DNA from: Bugula neritina
Lineage: Eukaryota; Animalia; Bryozoa
Assembly: GCA_964035545.1 (NCBI GenBank)
Contig: OZ037772.1
Coordinates: 6,432,889 to 6,496,888 of the forward strand
DNA length: 64,000 nucleotides
Direction of reading: 5' to 3'
Each line of letters opens with the position of its first letter. Position 1 is the stretch's first letter. Position numbers and translations under genes: made by a program. Positions 1-12,653 of the stretch are shown here, piece by piece. The notes under the pieces were generated by a model. The model was not told the DNA's origin, did not search any database, and was given only the letters and a program-made list of their open reading frames with translations.

Positions 1-313
1 ATTGCTTTTCTTCAAGAATTATGTGATAGGTGTACATATAGTTCTAAATTAATTTTTCTGAAATTCTTGTTATAACCAGTCAAAAAAGCTGGTTGTTTTT
101 TGTTCATCTCAAACTTTCCAAAGTTAAAGCACAGATTCAAACACACAGAAAATCAGAAACACACATACATGTACACAAACATATATGTTATATACCAAGC
201 AAAGACAAAATGTGATTTCTAAAGTGCTTAGTTTAGATGCTGGAACAGTATTGCAGTGACTTCTTACTATATATACTAACGTATACTCAATTTTATTATG
301 ACACTGTATAACA

Positions 314-2885
314 TCACTCGCCAACACCATGGTGTTCAACAACTTTTAACCCATGAATTTCAAGCTCATAAATATTAAAAAAGTCATCCACTTCAACAGC
401 TGTTACTCTCACAAATCTACCATACATTCTAGTATGACATGTAACCAGAAATATATCTGCAGGTGGTTGTCCAGGAAGGTAGTCACAGATCTCATCTTCT
501 GGTGGATCATCAAAGTTAGTATCAGTTTCACCAACTGTTACTCTCACATTGGCCAGTCTGTCATTCTGAACTATACCATCAAAAACAATAGAGTTATTTT
601 GTTAACTAATAAGCTCAATGATTGTATTATGTATGTGTAAAATATTCCATTTTGGACCATGTTTCGGAAGGTAGTCAATTAGCATTATAATTAACTATAA
701 TACACTAGCTACTATAACATATATAAATGCATATATAGCTCATCATTTAAAATATGTTTCACAGTAATATATTAAATTATAGAACTTATTATAGCCAAAA
801 GCTGTTTATTGACTCACATTGGTTGGTAGCCTCAGATCTGTCCCAGATTTTGACACCCTCAACCAGATAGTTGGTAGCTAAGTCTACTTGTATCCATGGA
901 GACAGTTCTTTTTGTGTAAATGCTAAGCTTTGATGTTCAATAATGTCAGAAGTGGATGGGAGATAAATTTCATCAATCGCCTTTTGTCCGACATAGCTTT
1001 CAGCTATTACACTACTTAAAGTAACTGTTTTATCTACAATTCATCATTCAAACAGTAATGTTCAAACTATAGTTGTTACGTAACAATTAATCTATTATAT
1101 ATAGATTGCTATCTTGTAACAAATAGATCAAGTAGCTCGTTGAAACATTTATACACCATCTCGTGCTGTACAAGCAAAATATATGCATTGTTAAATTTTA
1201 AGCCTGATAAACTGTGATGAATTTTTGAACTTTTCTTACTTCTAGCAAGATCAGTAAAAAATCCATAAACCACCAAATCTTCAGAGACCGCCTTCTTAAC
1301 AGAACACAGTCTACTAGTCTGCTCTGTGTTGATTATCACTTCTGGTTTCTCAGACAGGAAACAGGTTGATGTATTCTTGTCATATGACACAGCAACACAT
1401 GATTGGTTACAGGAGCAGAGAGACAGGCATGACTCATAACCTTCACCTTTTCTTTGATGGTAAAATGTCATGACATCAGAAAATGTTTGATTGAGGAAGA
1501 AAAGTTCCCCTAAATGGAAAACAAAACAATATTAGCAATAGGAACGGACACAGAGCTAAAGAAATTTTTAATGCACATTTATTTCTGTGGACTCAGTAGA
1601 TTCAAAATTAAATGCCTTCTAAATCGATTCTTAGATTTATTATTTATGATATAAAATCTGGTTTGAAATTTCTAGAGAATTGCTGTAAAACATAAGTTAT
1701 ATTTGCTTCAGGGATTTGAGCACAAAATGTTACATATATACTTGTCGTTGAAGATATCTTCATGAAGTAAACCATCTCCTCCAAGTTTCCTTCCTCCACC
1801 TCTACTAAAGGTTCATTAAACAGTCCACAAGTTCTGTTTGCTGATTCAAAGACACCAGACTGACACTGACCGTGGAAGAAACTACACTCATTCATACATT
1901 CAAGCATAGATCTAGCTACAATTTAGTAATGACTATTGTTATTTCCTCAGCTGTAGTATTTTTAATAAGTATATGAAGTTGTAAACTATATAATTCAAGG
2001 ATGGGGTAAGAGATTATTTATTATAGTAATTTATTTATATTATTGCATAATATAAATACACGAAACTTCTTTCGTTAGTTTTAAAGACAGAAGAGCTGAA
2101 CTCAAATGCCTTTTTTTTAAATTTAGTTTTGCAGTTTAATCCACAAATTATAATATATAATCAAACTACAATTTGTTTTTGTTAAAAAAACTTTCAAGTT
2201 TAATTAGTTTGATCTACGGATGTAGAAATGGAACAGCTGTAGTGTAGGGTTTCGGGTGATTGAATTAGCAAGCACAAAGTTATGAGTTTGAATCCCAGTA
2301 TAAAGGCCATTAGTGATGCTATAAATAAAAGCATCCAGCTATAATTGCCCCTACGTGCCACATAGACAAAAGAGTCCTTAGCCCACTTTAAAAAAGGACC
2401 CTCCCCAGTAGGGGTTTTTCTCTGAGAAGGCAATTTTTATCTATAAATTTACATGAACTATGTGTGAAATATTATATTAGGTATAAGTACAAGTTACTTC
2501 ATAAAGCATTTTAATGAACCTCCAACATAAATCTTTAAAGTTCAAACTTGACAAACAAACAAACTATATATGAAAAGCAAACAATTTTCGGCAGAAAGTA
2601 CATATTATTTTTATATTTCACTAAAAATATATTTCTACTCATCAACTAAACAACCTTAGTCGGTTACTCTAAAGTAAAGTCTACTAATATTGAAAGTTTA
2701 ACTTATTAGTTATTAGTTTATATTGTCACTTTTTTTCCACCTTGCAATAGCAGATCTGGTTCTAACTTCTGCTCACTCAGCACATGTTTTGTGCAGTAAA
2801 ACTCTTTGGTCAAACTTCTTGAAGTAAATATTAGTTTGAAGTAAACACTTAGCAGCATAAAACCGAGAGAAATATAGACCTTCAT
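314..2885 (-). CDS. Secreted PAN/apple x2 + F-type lectin (FTP) domain protein, copy 1; exons 2885-2741, 1915-1742, 1509-1240, 1033-818, 570-314 (353 aa)
   Basis: GT-AG exons join in frame. Signal-like N-terminus MKVYISLGFMLLSVYF; PAN-like Cys patterns (CMNEC...CQSGVF...TCGLF and CLSLC...CVAVSY...TCFL); F-type lectin motifs DLARNKTVTLSS, KAID, SPWIQVDL, VKIWDR, RLANVRVTVG, GRFVRV, YELEIHG. The exon-1 donor (GTGGAA) is weak and least certain. Confidence 0.8.
2229..2456 (+). mobile_element. Degenerate copy of the same SINE family
   Basis: aaggccattagtgatgct...gcatccagctataattgc...agtccttagccc matches the family core. Confidence 0.7.
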
Positions 2886-2942
2886 GTTTAAAGAATGTTT
2901 AGTTCTCTAATGTATACTGTGATTTGTTGCACACCGAATATT

Positions 2943-5900
2943 GATGGTAGCTGGAGATTCTGCGTGGACTACCGCAGACTCAACAACGCTACCATCCAGG
3001 ACGCCTACCCTCTCCCCCGGATAGATGAGTCTCTAGATGCCCTCGCGGGTAGCAAGTACTTCAGTACTTTGGATCTGCTTAGTGGGTACTGGCAAGTGCC
3101 CCTCAGCCCTGATGCACAGGACAAAGCAGCATTCATTACTCGCGACGGGCTCTGGAAATGGAAAGTACTGCCATTCGGACTGACGTCCGCTCCGGCAACA
3201 TTCCAACGACTCATGGAGCAAGTCCTCAGTGGGTTACACTGGAAGACCCTCCTTATCTATCTGGACGATGTCATTGTCATCTCCCCAGACTTCTCGACTC
3301 ATGTCAGCCGTCTGCGGGAGGTCTTTGACCGTCTCCGGGCTGCTGGACTGAAGCTGAAACCCTCCAAGTGTGCACTCCTGCAGCCAGAAGTCACGTACCT
3401 GGGCCATGTGGTTGGCCGTGATGGGGTCGCTACCGATCCAGAGAAGGTACAAGCTGTGAAGGAGTGGACTGTCCCCCGTGACCTCCCTGAGTTGCGTGCT
3501 TTCCTGGGCCTAGTAGGGTACTACCGGCAGTACATACCTAGGTTCGCAGGAGTGGCTCAACCGTTAAATCGGCTGACCGCAAAGGGAGTCCGGTGGCAGT
3601 GGACACAGGAGGAGCAACAGGCATTTGACCACCTCAAGCAACGGCTAATGGAAGCGCCAATCCTGGCGTATCCTGATCCAGCCAAGGAGTACATCCTGGA
3701 CACCGACGCCAGCGACCACAGCGTGGGAGCCGTCTTGTCTCAAGTCCAGGGTGGAAGTGAGGTGGTCGTGGCTTACTATAGCAAGACTCTCGCGGCCGCC
3801 GAGAAGAACTACTGCACCACTAGGAAGGAACTCCTAGCAGTAGTCAAGGCGGTCAAGCACTTTCGGCCATATCTGTATGGGAAATCGTTCCGTCTGCGAA
3901 CAGACCATGCATCACTGATATGGCTGTGTAAACGTGCAGAGCCCTCGAGCCAGGTGGCTCGTTGGCTAGAGATTCTTGCTGAGTTCTCTTACCGGATAGA
4001 GCACCGTGCAGGCCGGAAGCATGGGAACGCCGACGGCATGAGCCGCCGGCCGGTAGAGGACTGTAAGCAATGCCTACACATTGAACAGCGGGACGGGGGA
4101 CCCGCTCGCCTTGACGTGGAAGCAGGACTAGTGGAGGGCACCACCTACCAGTGGGAGCACGGCCATCTTCGGACCGAAACCCACCAGGACGGTGTCCAGG
4201 CACTCCACGCCAACCCTACTCTGCACCAGAACGTCAAAGAGCTGTGCCGACTCCAGGAGACGCTACCCGGCGCGGTAGCGGACATCTTCCGGGCCAAGAA
4301 GGAGGGCCGACGGCCTAGCGAGGAACAGCAGCGACAGGGGGACGTTGAGTTCCAACTCCTCTGTCGTCGCTGGGATGCCCTCAAGGTCAGTCCCGATGGC
4401 CTCCTGATGATAACGTTAGCAGCAGACAACCGCCAGCAGAAGAGGGACCGCGTCGTCTGTCCACGCGCCCTCCGGCGGGAACTGATCTGGGACACCCATA
4501 AGCAGGCTCATGCTGGAGTCAGTCGGGTCATCAGGTGTCTGCGGCTACGTTGGTATTGGCCCGGAATGACTCGGGACGTACGACTGCGGGTACGGCAATG
4601 CGAGGTCTGCCAAGCTAGCAAGCATGGCCGCCCCACGGAAACCACTGGTCGACGCCGGCTGTACGCTGGTCGACCGTGGCAAGTAGTGGCGGTAGACCTC
4701 GTCGGGCCTATGCCGTTATCCGCCAGAGGGAACACCTAGATACTGGTGCTCACGGACCACTTTACCCGGTGGGCGGATGCTCTGGCTATTCCAGACGCCA
4801 CCGCCCCCACGGTGGCCCGGACCCTGGACCAACATGTATTCTGTTACCTCGGTTTGCCCGAGCAGATACATACAGACCAGGGTGCCCAGTTCTAGTCCCA
4901 GCTCATGGGAGACCTCTGCCGGATATGGGGGGTGAACCAGAGTCGGACCACCCCATATCACCCGCAAGGGAACGGAGTCGTCGAGCGGAACAACAGGATG
5001 TTGGGTGACGCGCTCCGGAGCCTGCTGCTTGGTCGAGGTCAGGAAGAATGGGACGTGGTGCTGCCGCAGATCATGCGGGCTTACCGCAGCACACCACACT
5101 CCGCCACGCAGGAGACCCCAAACTTCCTGATGTTAGGCCGAGAGACGCGGGTCCCGGAACACCTGACGTACCATGTTCCTGCCCCCGAGTCACCGGTACA
5201 CGAATATGTGGAGGGTCTGATGGACATCATGGGCAAAGCTCATGATGCGCTGCGCACCCAGCAGTGGCAGACCCGCACAGAGGACTCGGAGGAGCCCCCG
5301 TTGTACCAAGTGGGAGACTGGGTCTGGATGGTGAGTTACCGTAGGCGGCGCGGACAGTCGGCTAAGCTTCAGCCCAAGTTCGTCGGCCCCTACTGCGTAG
5401 TAGAGGTGCTGCCCAACCACACATACCGTGTGGAGCGCTCTGGACAGGTCTCTGTCCAGAGCGAGCAGCGCCTCAAACCTTACCATGCCAGCCCAGACGC
5501 GGTGGGTCAGGCTCCACCCCTCTTGGAGCCCCACCGTCAGCCCAACCGTCGTGGACGGGCCACCCAGCCCCGTGAGGTGGAGATTATGGTCCCCAGGGAG
5601 GCGGACCAGGAGCAGGCCGCCTTGATAGAGCAGCTGGAGCGACAGCAGAGAGAAGAGCGGGAACAGGAACAGCGGCAAGCCCTAGGACCACCACCCTCTC
5701 TGGGGGAGGACACCCCCACCCCCGTGTTGGGTGAAGGCGGGGACCCCCCTACTAGGGTAGCACAGGAGCCACCAACACCACCGGTGCCTGTTCCAATTGA
5801 GAGGAGCCAGCGGTCAAGAAGACCCCCTAGGTATCTGGCAGACTATGCTGTAGGGCACCTGGAGTGGCCCCCTCATGAAGACAACCCACCCAGTACGGAC

Positions 5901-6548
5901 GACCACCCCATCTTGGCTGGAAATTCCCTCCATCACCCCGGAGAATTCCACCAAGAAGAAGATTTCACACAGCTAGCACGTGAGTTACAGCTCAAGTTGA
6001 ATTGTAATCCTGATACCCCTAAGTATAATTTAAACACTGTTATTCAGACACTAGCATCAGCTATGGGAGTTACCTCGCCAGATACCCAAACAGAGGAGCG
6101 TAAGGATACCGAGGAGGCCAGTCGATCCGACTCCCCTCCCCCACCAGCTCCTGTTTCGGCTCCCCGCAGCCAGCAGTACGACACCCCCTCTTCCGAGGTG
6201 TGTTCCGCCAGCGTTAGTGGCCCTGACCCCGAACCGGTTGAGCTCCAGCTCACAGCTGGGGAGGAGCAGGGCACTCTATACGGCGACCACCTCGCAGGCA
6301 GAGACGAAGAGGACCCTCCAATACTGGCAATGCCTCGGGCCCTGGTCGCCCGCCAGTATTGGATATCTGGAGCACCAGGCAACCAGATAGAAGAACAGAC
6401 TCAGCCAACCCACCCACAATTGCCCCGTCACGGGCAGAGTATGGCACTTCCTTACCGAGAGTGCGTCCTGGATAGCGCAATCGAGGCCTGGTCCCATATC
6501 CTCGATCCAAGTACAGAAGAGATAGAAAGCCTGGTGCACCACCTCTAA
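2943..6548 (+). pseudogene. pol: Gypsy pol remnant (RT-RH-IN) with in-frame TAG stops at 4737-4739 and 4893-4895
   Basis: ORFs 2895..4739 and 4905..6548 share a frame. The intervening sequence reads *ILVLTDHFTRWADALAIPD...IHTDQGAQF*SQL, i.e. integrase core. Confidence 0.9.
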
Positions 6549-6736
6549 TGATAAAACCGGACAACCAGGGGCCGCTGGCAATAGCCAACTGAACTGTAAA
6601 TGTTCTCGTGTTACGTGTGATTAATCATAATACTTTTTCCTGTTAACCGCATATTTTTCTACGTTTGTGTTTCATTTTTTTGTGTGGAATCATTGTTTTG
6701 TTATCGAAAAGGGGATGCTTTTTGATGGGGGGAGAA

Positions 6737-7304
6737 TGTGATAGATTCTCATCCTCTACTGTTTTCAAGTAACTGCGTGTGTCAGTATTATAATTACTGT
6801 TGCGTATATTTTGAATGCTGTAATTGTAGCTAAGTTGCACTAGCTTTCTAATGCCTTATTATTGTGATTAAGCTTTCAGTATAATGTAATTTTCATTAAA
6901 TACGCATTTCCAGAGTTATTTTCCCTTTTTGCTATTTCATCGTTTTGCATTAATACTGATACTGGAAATTTGTGTAGCTTTTATGAATGCCTTCAATAGG
7001 TTGTTATTATAGCTAAATTCTTGGCCTATTGTATTATTCATTCTCCTTTGTCTATTTTTCTTTTGTTACTGTCAAGCTTAACTTTCTTTTGTCTGTTGGA
7101 ACATTCTAGATGTGAATTCTTGTGTATAAAAGCAGGCGAGTTTCCAGTGTAGATTCAGACTACTACTGGAGCTCGCTGGTAGTAGGACCACATAAGCTGT
7201 ATCTGATGCAAATAAAGTTTATCTTTCATTCGTATTCAAATACTTGGCTTATTCTCTCTAACGCAAAGAGTATGTTCAAGCACTAGTTGCATTCATAACC
7301 CACA
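6737..7304 (+). repeat. 3' LTR (568 bp)
   Basis: Starts TGTG directly after the purine tract GGGGGGAGAA (6727-6736) and ends CACA. Contains TATAAAA at 7125-7131 and AATAAA at 7211-7216. The right end is inferred because there is no second LTR to compare. Confidence 0.75.
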
Positions 7305-7627
7305 GTTTACTACAATATAATAGGAAATTACCACTATAACAAACATCACATAAAACATGTATAATATATTGTGACAAAATTCAAATATAATATATATACA
7401 ATACTCAACAAATTTCAAATAGAATGTGTATGATATATTAATAATTTTTGACGAAGATAAATAAAATATGTATATATGATATTATCACAAACTTTAAATA
7501 TACTATAGGCTACAATAAAACAAACTTTGAATTAAATATATAATGTAATGGGGCAAAGTTTAACTAGAATACAAAGTAATACAAAATGATAAATTACAGC
7601 AAAATTACCTTTGTTTGTATGCTTTAA

Positions 7628-8024
7628 TGGGGCTGCCACACTACAGTCAAAACGCCATTTTGAGCGCGTTTTCGAGGCTAAGCGTTGTTGACCTCTGTAA
7701 CGTCACAACTGTCTGATTTCTGAACGCAACTGTAAGCTTTTCGCAATGCGATAAAAGTTCGACATGGCGAACGCTCAACTTCAGTGTTCAGCGATCAGCC
7801 AATCACTGACTGGCAGGTTGGCCCTTATATTGGTTAAATGTTTTTACTCATTTTACGAGCTATTGGCTTAAAAATTTACTGTGGGGCTAGAGACAGTTAG
7901 CGTTCATCGTTTGTAGTGAACTGTCGTGTGACCAGCAAAAAGTAGGAAGTGACATTGAAGGTATGCGCAAGCAACTCCAAAATGGCCGCCACAGTCGAGT
8001 TTCGACTGTAGTGTGACATGGGCA
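7628..8024. mobile_element. MITE-like non-autonomous DNA element
   Basis: Imperfect terminal inverted repeat GCCACACTACAGTCAAAAC (7635-7653) / GTTTCGACTGTAGTGTGAC (7999-8017) around a CpG-richer interior. Exact ends approximate. Confidence 0.65.
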
Positions 8025-8098
8025 TAACCGCCTTTTTTTCTGACATCCTTGAAACTTTATAAATATTACACGACTTCAATTTTTTTATCAATACAAAT

Positions 8099-11000
8099 TC
8101 ATGAAATATTTAGTCCATGGATTTCCAGCTCATAGATGTTGAGCATGTCATCCACTTCAACAGCTGTTACTCTCACATATCTACCATACATTCTAGTACG
8201 ACATGTGACCAGAAATATATCTGCAGGTGGTTGTCCAGGAAGGTAGTCACAGATCTCATCTTCTGGTAGATCATCAAGGTTAGTGTCAGTTTCACCAACT
8301 GTTACTCTCACATTAGCCAGCCTGTTGTTGACCTCTGTAACTCAATAAACAGTGTCAAGTCATTAGTTATGTGAAGCAAATGTATATAAGTATATTGCAA
8401 AAACAAAGTACAATAGAATTACGTGGAATTATATGCACTAATACACTCACGCAAGTTTATAGTCGCTATCCCTGTGAAAAACCCCTGATAGAAAAGGTTT
8501 TTGTTAGAACGGGCTAAGGGCATGTTCAAATGAGGCACAGGAGCAATTATGACTGGATGCTCTTCCTAACATCACCAATGGCATATGTCGGGGTTTGAAC
8601 CCACAACTTCGTGTTCACAAAGTGAACGCTCTAACCCCTAGACCACGGCTGCTCCCTGAATTATATGCACTAATACTGGATTATAACCACTAATGAAGCA
8701 ACTATCAATTAGCATAGGAACAGGAGACCTATTATGCAGGCTTAAAGTCTTTCTTATTCACATTGATAGACTACTAGGCTGGTGTACCTATAACTAAAAA
8801 GAAATCGTTTGCTTACCGGGGTTGTTCTTTACAAATCTGTCCCAGATCTTGACACCTTCAACAAAGTGGTTGGTGGTCAGATCTATTTGTATCCATGGAG
8901 ATAGTTTCCATTTAGTATGTGCCAAACTTGCACCATCATCTAGTCCAGAATCAGAAGGAACATATAGATACCATCAGTGGCTTTAGACGCTGGGAAGTTA
9001 CGGTGAAGGCTGCTGCTCATGGTAATCTTTTTACCTTCAGTATAAAAGACAAAGCATAAACTGGATAAGTTTATTCTGTAGTTGTGATAATTTACATGAA
9101 ATATAAACTGTCAATTATCCAATTTTTGAATGAATTCAACTTGCTTTGTTCATTTTAGCAACAAACACAAAATGACCGCAAGTGTCTACATATATTTATA
9201 GTTTAACACTCTGCCAACTATTATATTATTTTTACCGTTCGAAAGATTGGTAAATGAACCACAGACAGAAATGTTTTCAGAGAATGTCTTTTTAACAGAA
9301 CACATTCTATATACTGGTCTGTTCCGTGTGATCAGAGAAATCAGTTTGCTTTATTCATTTTAGCAAGAAACACAAAATAACCCAAATAATTGGGCTTTTT
9401 TAAAATAAAATGCAAAGTTTAGCACGGTGTCCAATGTTAAATAATGTTTACCTTTAGCAAGACTAGTAGAAAAGCCATAGACAACCGACTCCTCAGAGTA
9501 TATCTTCTTAACAGAACACAGTCTACTAGTCTGCTCTGTGTTGATTATCACTTCTGGTTTATCGCAGACAAGAAACAGGTTGATGTGTTTTTGTCATATG
9601 ACACGGCAGCATATGATTTGTCGATCAAACACATGGACAAGCAGCATTCGTGGTTAGAGGTGGTACTAGTTTGGTAATAAGTAGGCATGTCAAAGCACAT
9701 CTGGTCTATGAAACCGCTCTCTCCTTGAAACAAAAAGCTTTTAATTACAGCTGCAACATGTTTCTAAGCCTGGTTTTATATTTATACATGTACTTCCTAT
9801 TTATAGCTTTCCAACACAGTGTTGAGTCAGTGTTAAGGTTATTTCATATGGATTAAATATATATCAGAAGGTGTGATTTAATGCTTAAAAAGCTTTTTAG
9901 CTTGGTCTGAAATCAAAACTGAAAATGTTATTAGTTATATGGGATATGAGGGACAAAAACTTTTATTTAAACTGATTTTTTTAACTTTTACAACTTGATA
10001 ATAAACAACATTGAGTTTTAACAAACTCATGTGGCTTTATGGTAGCCATCTTCATGAGAACCTCAAATAAAAAGAAATTGTTTAAACGGACTATATGGAC
10101 TGTGGTTCTCAATTAAGAAAAAGAAGTAATTTTGACCGAATCCTTTTGTTTATAACACCACCAGTGGTTGCTTTCTTAGATTTGAATTAGCAACCTCCTG
10201 TCTACCAAGAAAATGTTTTTACCTTTAGACCACCATGCTCTCATAATAATAAATAGCTTCAAACGCTGTGTCAATATGTGAAAGCATGTATATCTCTGCT
10301 GTGGGCTATACATAACAGCAAAAGCATAGCATTGGATATAGAGAAAAATATTTGCTATATGCTGCTATATGAGGTAATGAGATAGTAAGAACTTTTATTT
10401 TTCACATTTGAAACAACTTTTCTAGTAAACACAAAGTTCCAGCTCTACAATTCATGTATTAAAATAGACAAAACTGTGTTTAAAATGGAACCTATATGCT
10501 TACCAGTTGACAAAGATAACTTCATGAAGTAAACCATCTCCCCAAAGTCTTCTTCTTCCGGCTGTACTAAAGTCTCATTAAATAGTCTGCAAGTTCTGTT
10601 TGTTGATTCAAAGACACCAGACTGACACTGACTGTGGATAACACTGCACTGAGCCATGCATCCAAGAGGAGACTCGGCTGAAACAAGCTCTTTAATGTAA
10701 TAACAACTTAGCCAAACCATGGTTTACTCAAAATTATATAGAAAAGAAACGTTTCATAGAATACCACTTTTGGAAAACATCGATGGTAATTAAAACGTGT
10801 TGAACACTCCAAAAAGAAAGCTAAAGTATGCATTGTACTGCCATTGAAAAACATGTAAATAGGATTGAAATTAAAGCATGATATTTCTAATAAAAACTTG
10901 AAACGGGAATTAAGGTTGAAGGTGTTTTTTAACAATTATACTTGCTTATAAAATTTTAGTGTTAAGTTTGATCCTAACTTTACCTATAATTGATCTATTA

Positions 11001-11262
11001 AACAAGAAACTAATGTTGTTGATAAAATTATAGCAACTTGCACAAATATGTTGTCCATTTCAATTGTTTGTGTATTTTCAAAGCAAAAGATTATATATTT
11101 ACCTGCCACATGTGTAGCTTTCAGTGTTGGAAACTGTGTACTGTTCTGTTGAAGCCTAATACCTTGCACACAATACAAGTGTTCAGTCATGGTTTCTACA
11201 CCAAAAACTTGATGAAAATACAAATTTAAAAGTGCAAACACGAAACCAAAAATCACTTTCAT
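8099..11262 (-). pseudogene. PAN/apple x2 + F-type lectin paralogue, copy 2, frameshifted; exons 11262-11103, 10677-10504, 9723-9452, 9034-8817, 8334-8099
   Basis: Same five-exon layout as copy 1. Exon 3 is 272 nt versus 270 (TCT GC GAT AAA vs TCT GAG AAA, giving TGA at 9548). Exon 4 is 218 nt versus 216 (ATC TAT AT GTT, giving TAG). Confidence 0.8.
8445..8657 (-). mobile_element. tRNA-derived SINE, full length, with 19-bp target-site duplication
   Basis: tRNA-like A/B-box head and family core GGCCATTGGTGATGTTAGGAAGAGCATCCAGTCATAATTGCTCCTGTGC. Direct repeat GAATTATATGCACTAATAC at 8426-8444 and 8658-8676. Confidence 0.9.
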
Positions 11263-11797
11263 GACAAGAAGAGTGTGGTAATAAAATGAAGCATATAGAG
11301 TTATACAACAGAATCTTAACTGCTTCTGATTGCAATTAAAATAGGCTTTTCACCTTGTGTAGCATTTATAATCCACGACATTGATTTCTGTAGGTCTATA
11401 ATAACTATTTATCCAGTTAATCGGAAGTGTTTAAAACCTATATATAATATTGTTATTCACCATTTCCATTAATACTATAAGTGATTAATTTATGGTTATA
11501 TTGTGCAACTGCTATTAAAAGAACGGTTTTAATAACCATTCGAATTGATTTGATTCATATTTTGATTATATCCTCATAATACAGAAATTCAAACCAACGT
11601 TAAACCAATTTCAAGTGTTATGAAAGAGCTAGAGGTTTAATCAATCATACATTTTAGGACAAGTCAACTTTTTCATGCCTTTAAAATACTCCATCGTTGT
11701 GAAAAACTTGTAAGTTTTTTTGAAGCCCAATTAGATTTTACCGAAAAATGTGTTGGTCCTTGATTTATATACAGTAGGTGCTTGAAAGTAAAAAATT

Positions 11798-12068
<271 letters not shown>

Positions 12069-12653
12069 ACCTATTGTAAGTTAAACTACGTATTATGAAT
12101 TTATCATTTTATATAATCATAAACTGCTATACAGTCAAGTGCAAATTTCATCTTGTGTAACTTTTTTTGCAAATAATGTCAAAGTTTTAGATCGCAGTTA
12201 AGAAATGTACTTTCGATCAAAAATTATTAAAAACCTTGTTTACACACCTAGATAATATATTCAAATTCCTAATACAATAAGTAAAAAACAATTTAATATC
12301 CTTTAAGAGATTAAACATTATATGACAGCGGAAACCTGCCAAATGATTTGCTAAAATAAGCAACAGCTGAGCTAATAAAAAGGTGAAAATGAATACAAGA
12401 CCAACAATGCCTAAAATATCAATATATATATAGTTGAATTTAGAAATTATTAATATAAAACCAAACAACTACATTTTAAATAATAATATATATACATAAT
12501 AATATGCAATCTGTATATGCAATAAAAAATATAATTATTTACAATTTTGAAAAATTGGAAAACAATGTCATTCAGTTTAGCACAAACCAGGAGATACTTG
12601 TCAAAAACAACCCAGCAACAAAAACTTTTAGCTATTAGCTCATTAGACTCTCA

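Larger units (their letters stand above)
2943..7304 (+). mobile_element. 5'-truncated Ty3/Gypsy LTR retrotransposon (RT, RNase H, integrase, 3' LTR; no gag, protease or 5' LTR)
   Basis: Abrupt rise in GC at ~2943. Motifs DGSWRFCVDYR, LDLLSGYWQ, PFGL, YLDD, DTDAS, RTDH, HHCC zinc finger, VDLVGP, TDQG, ERNN, GPY; polypurine tract followed by a TG...CA LTR. Confidence 0.95.

Noticed and set aside
4737-4895. Programmed stop read-through in pol
   Set aside because: Both TAGs fall inside the integrase core at positions one substitution from sense codons; simple inactivating mutations are more parsimonious.
3005-6588. Many antisense and alternate-frame ORFs inside the Gypsy element
   Set aside because: Expected shadows of GC-rich coding DNA; no recognisable motifs.
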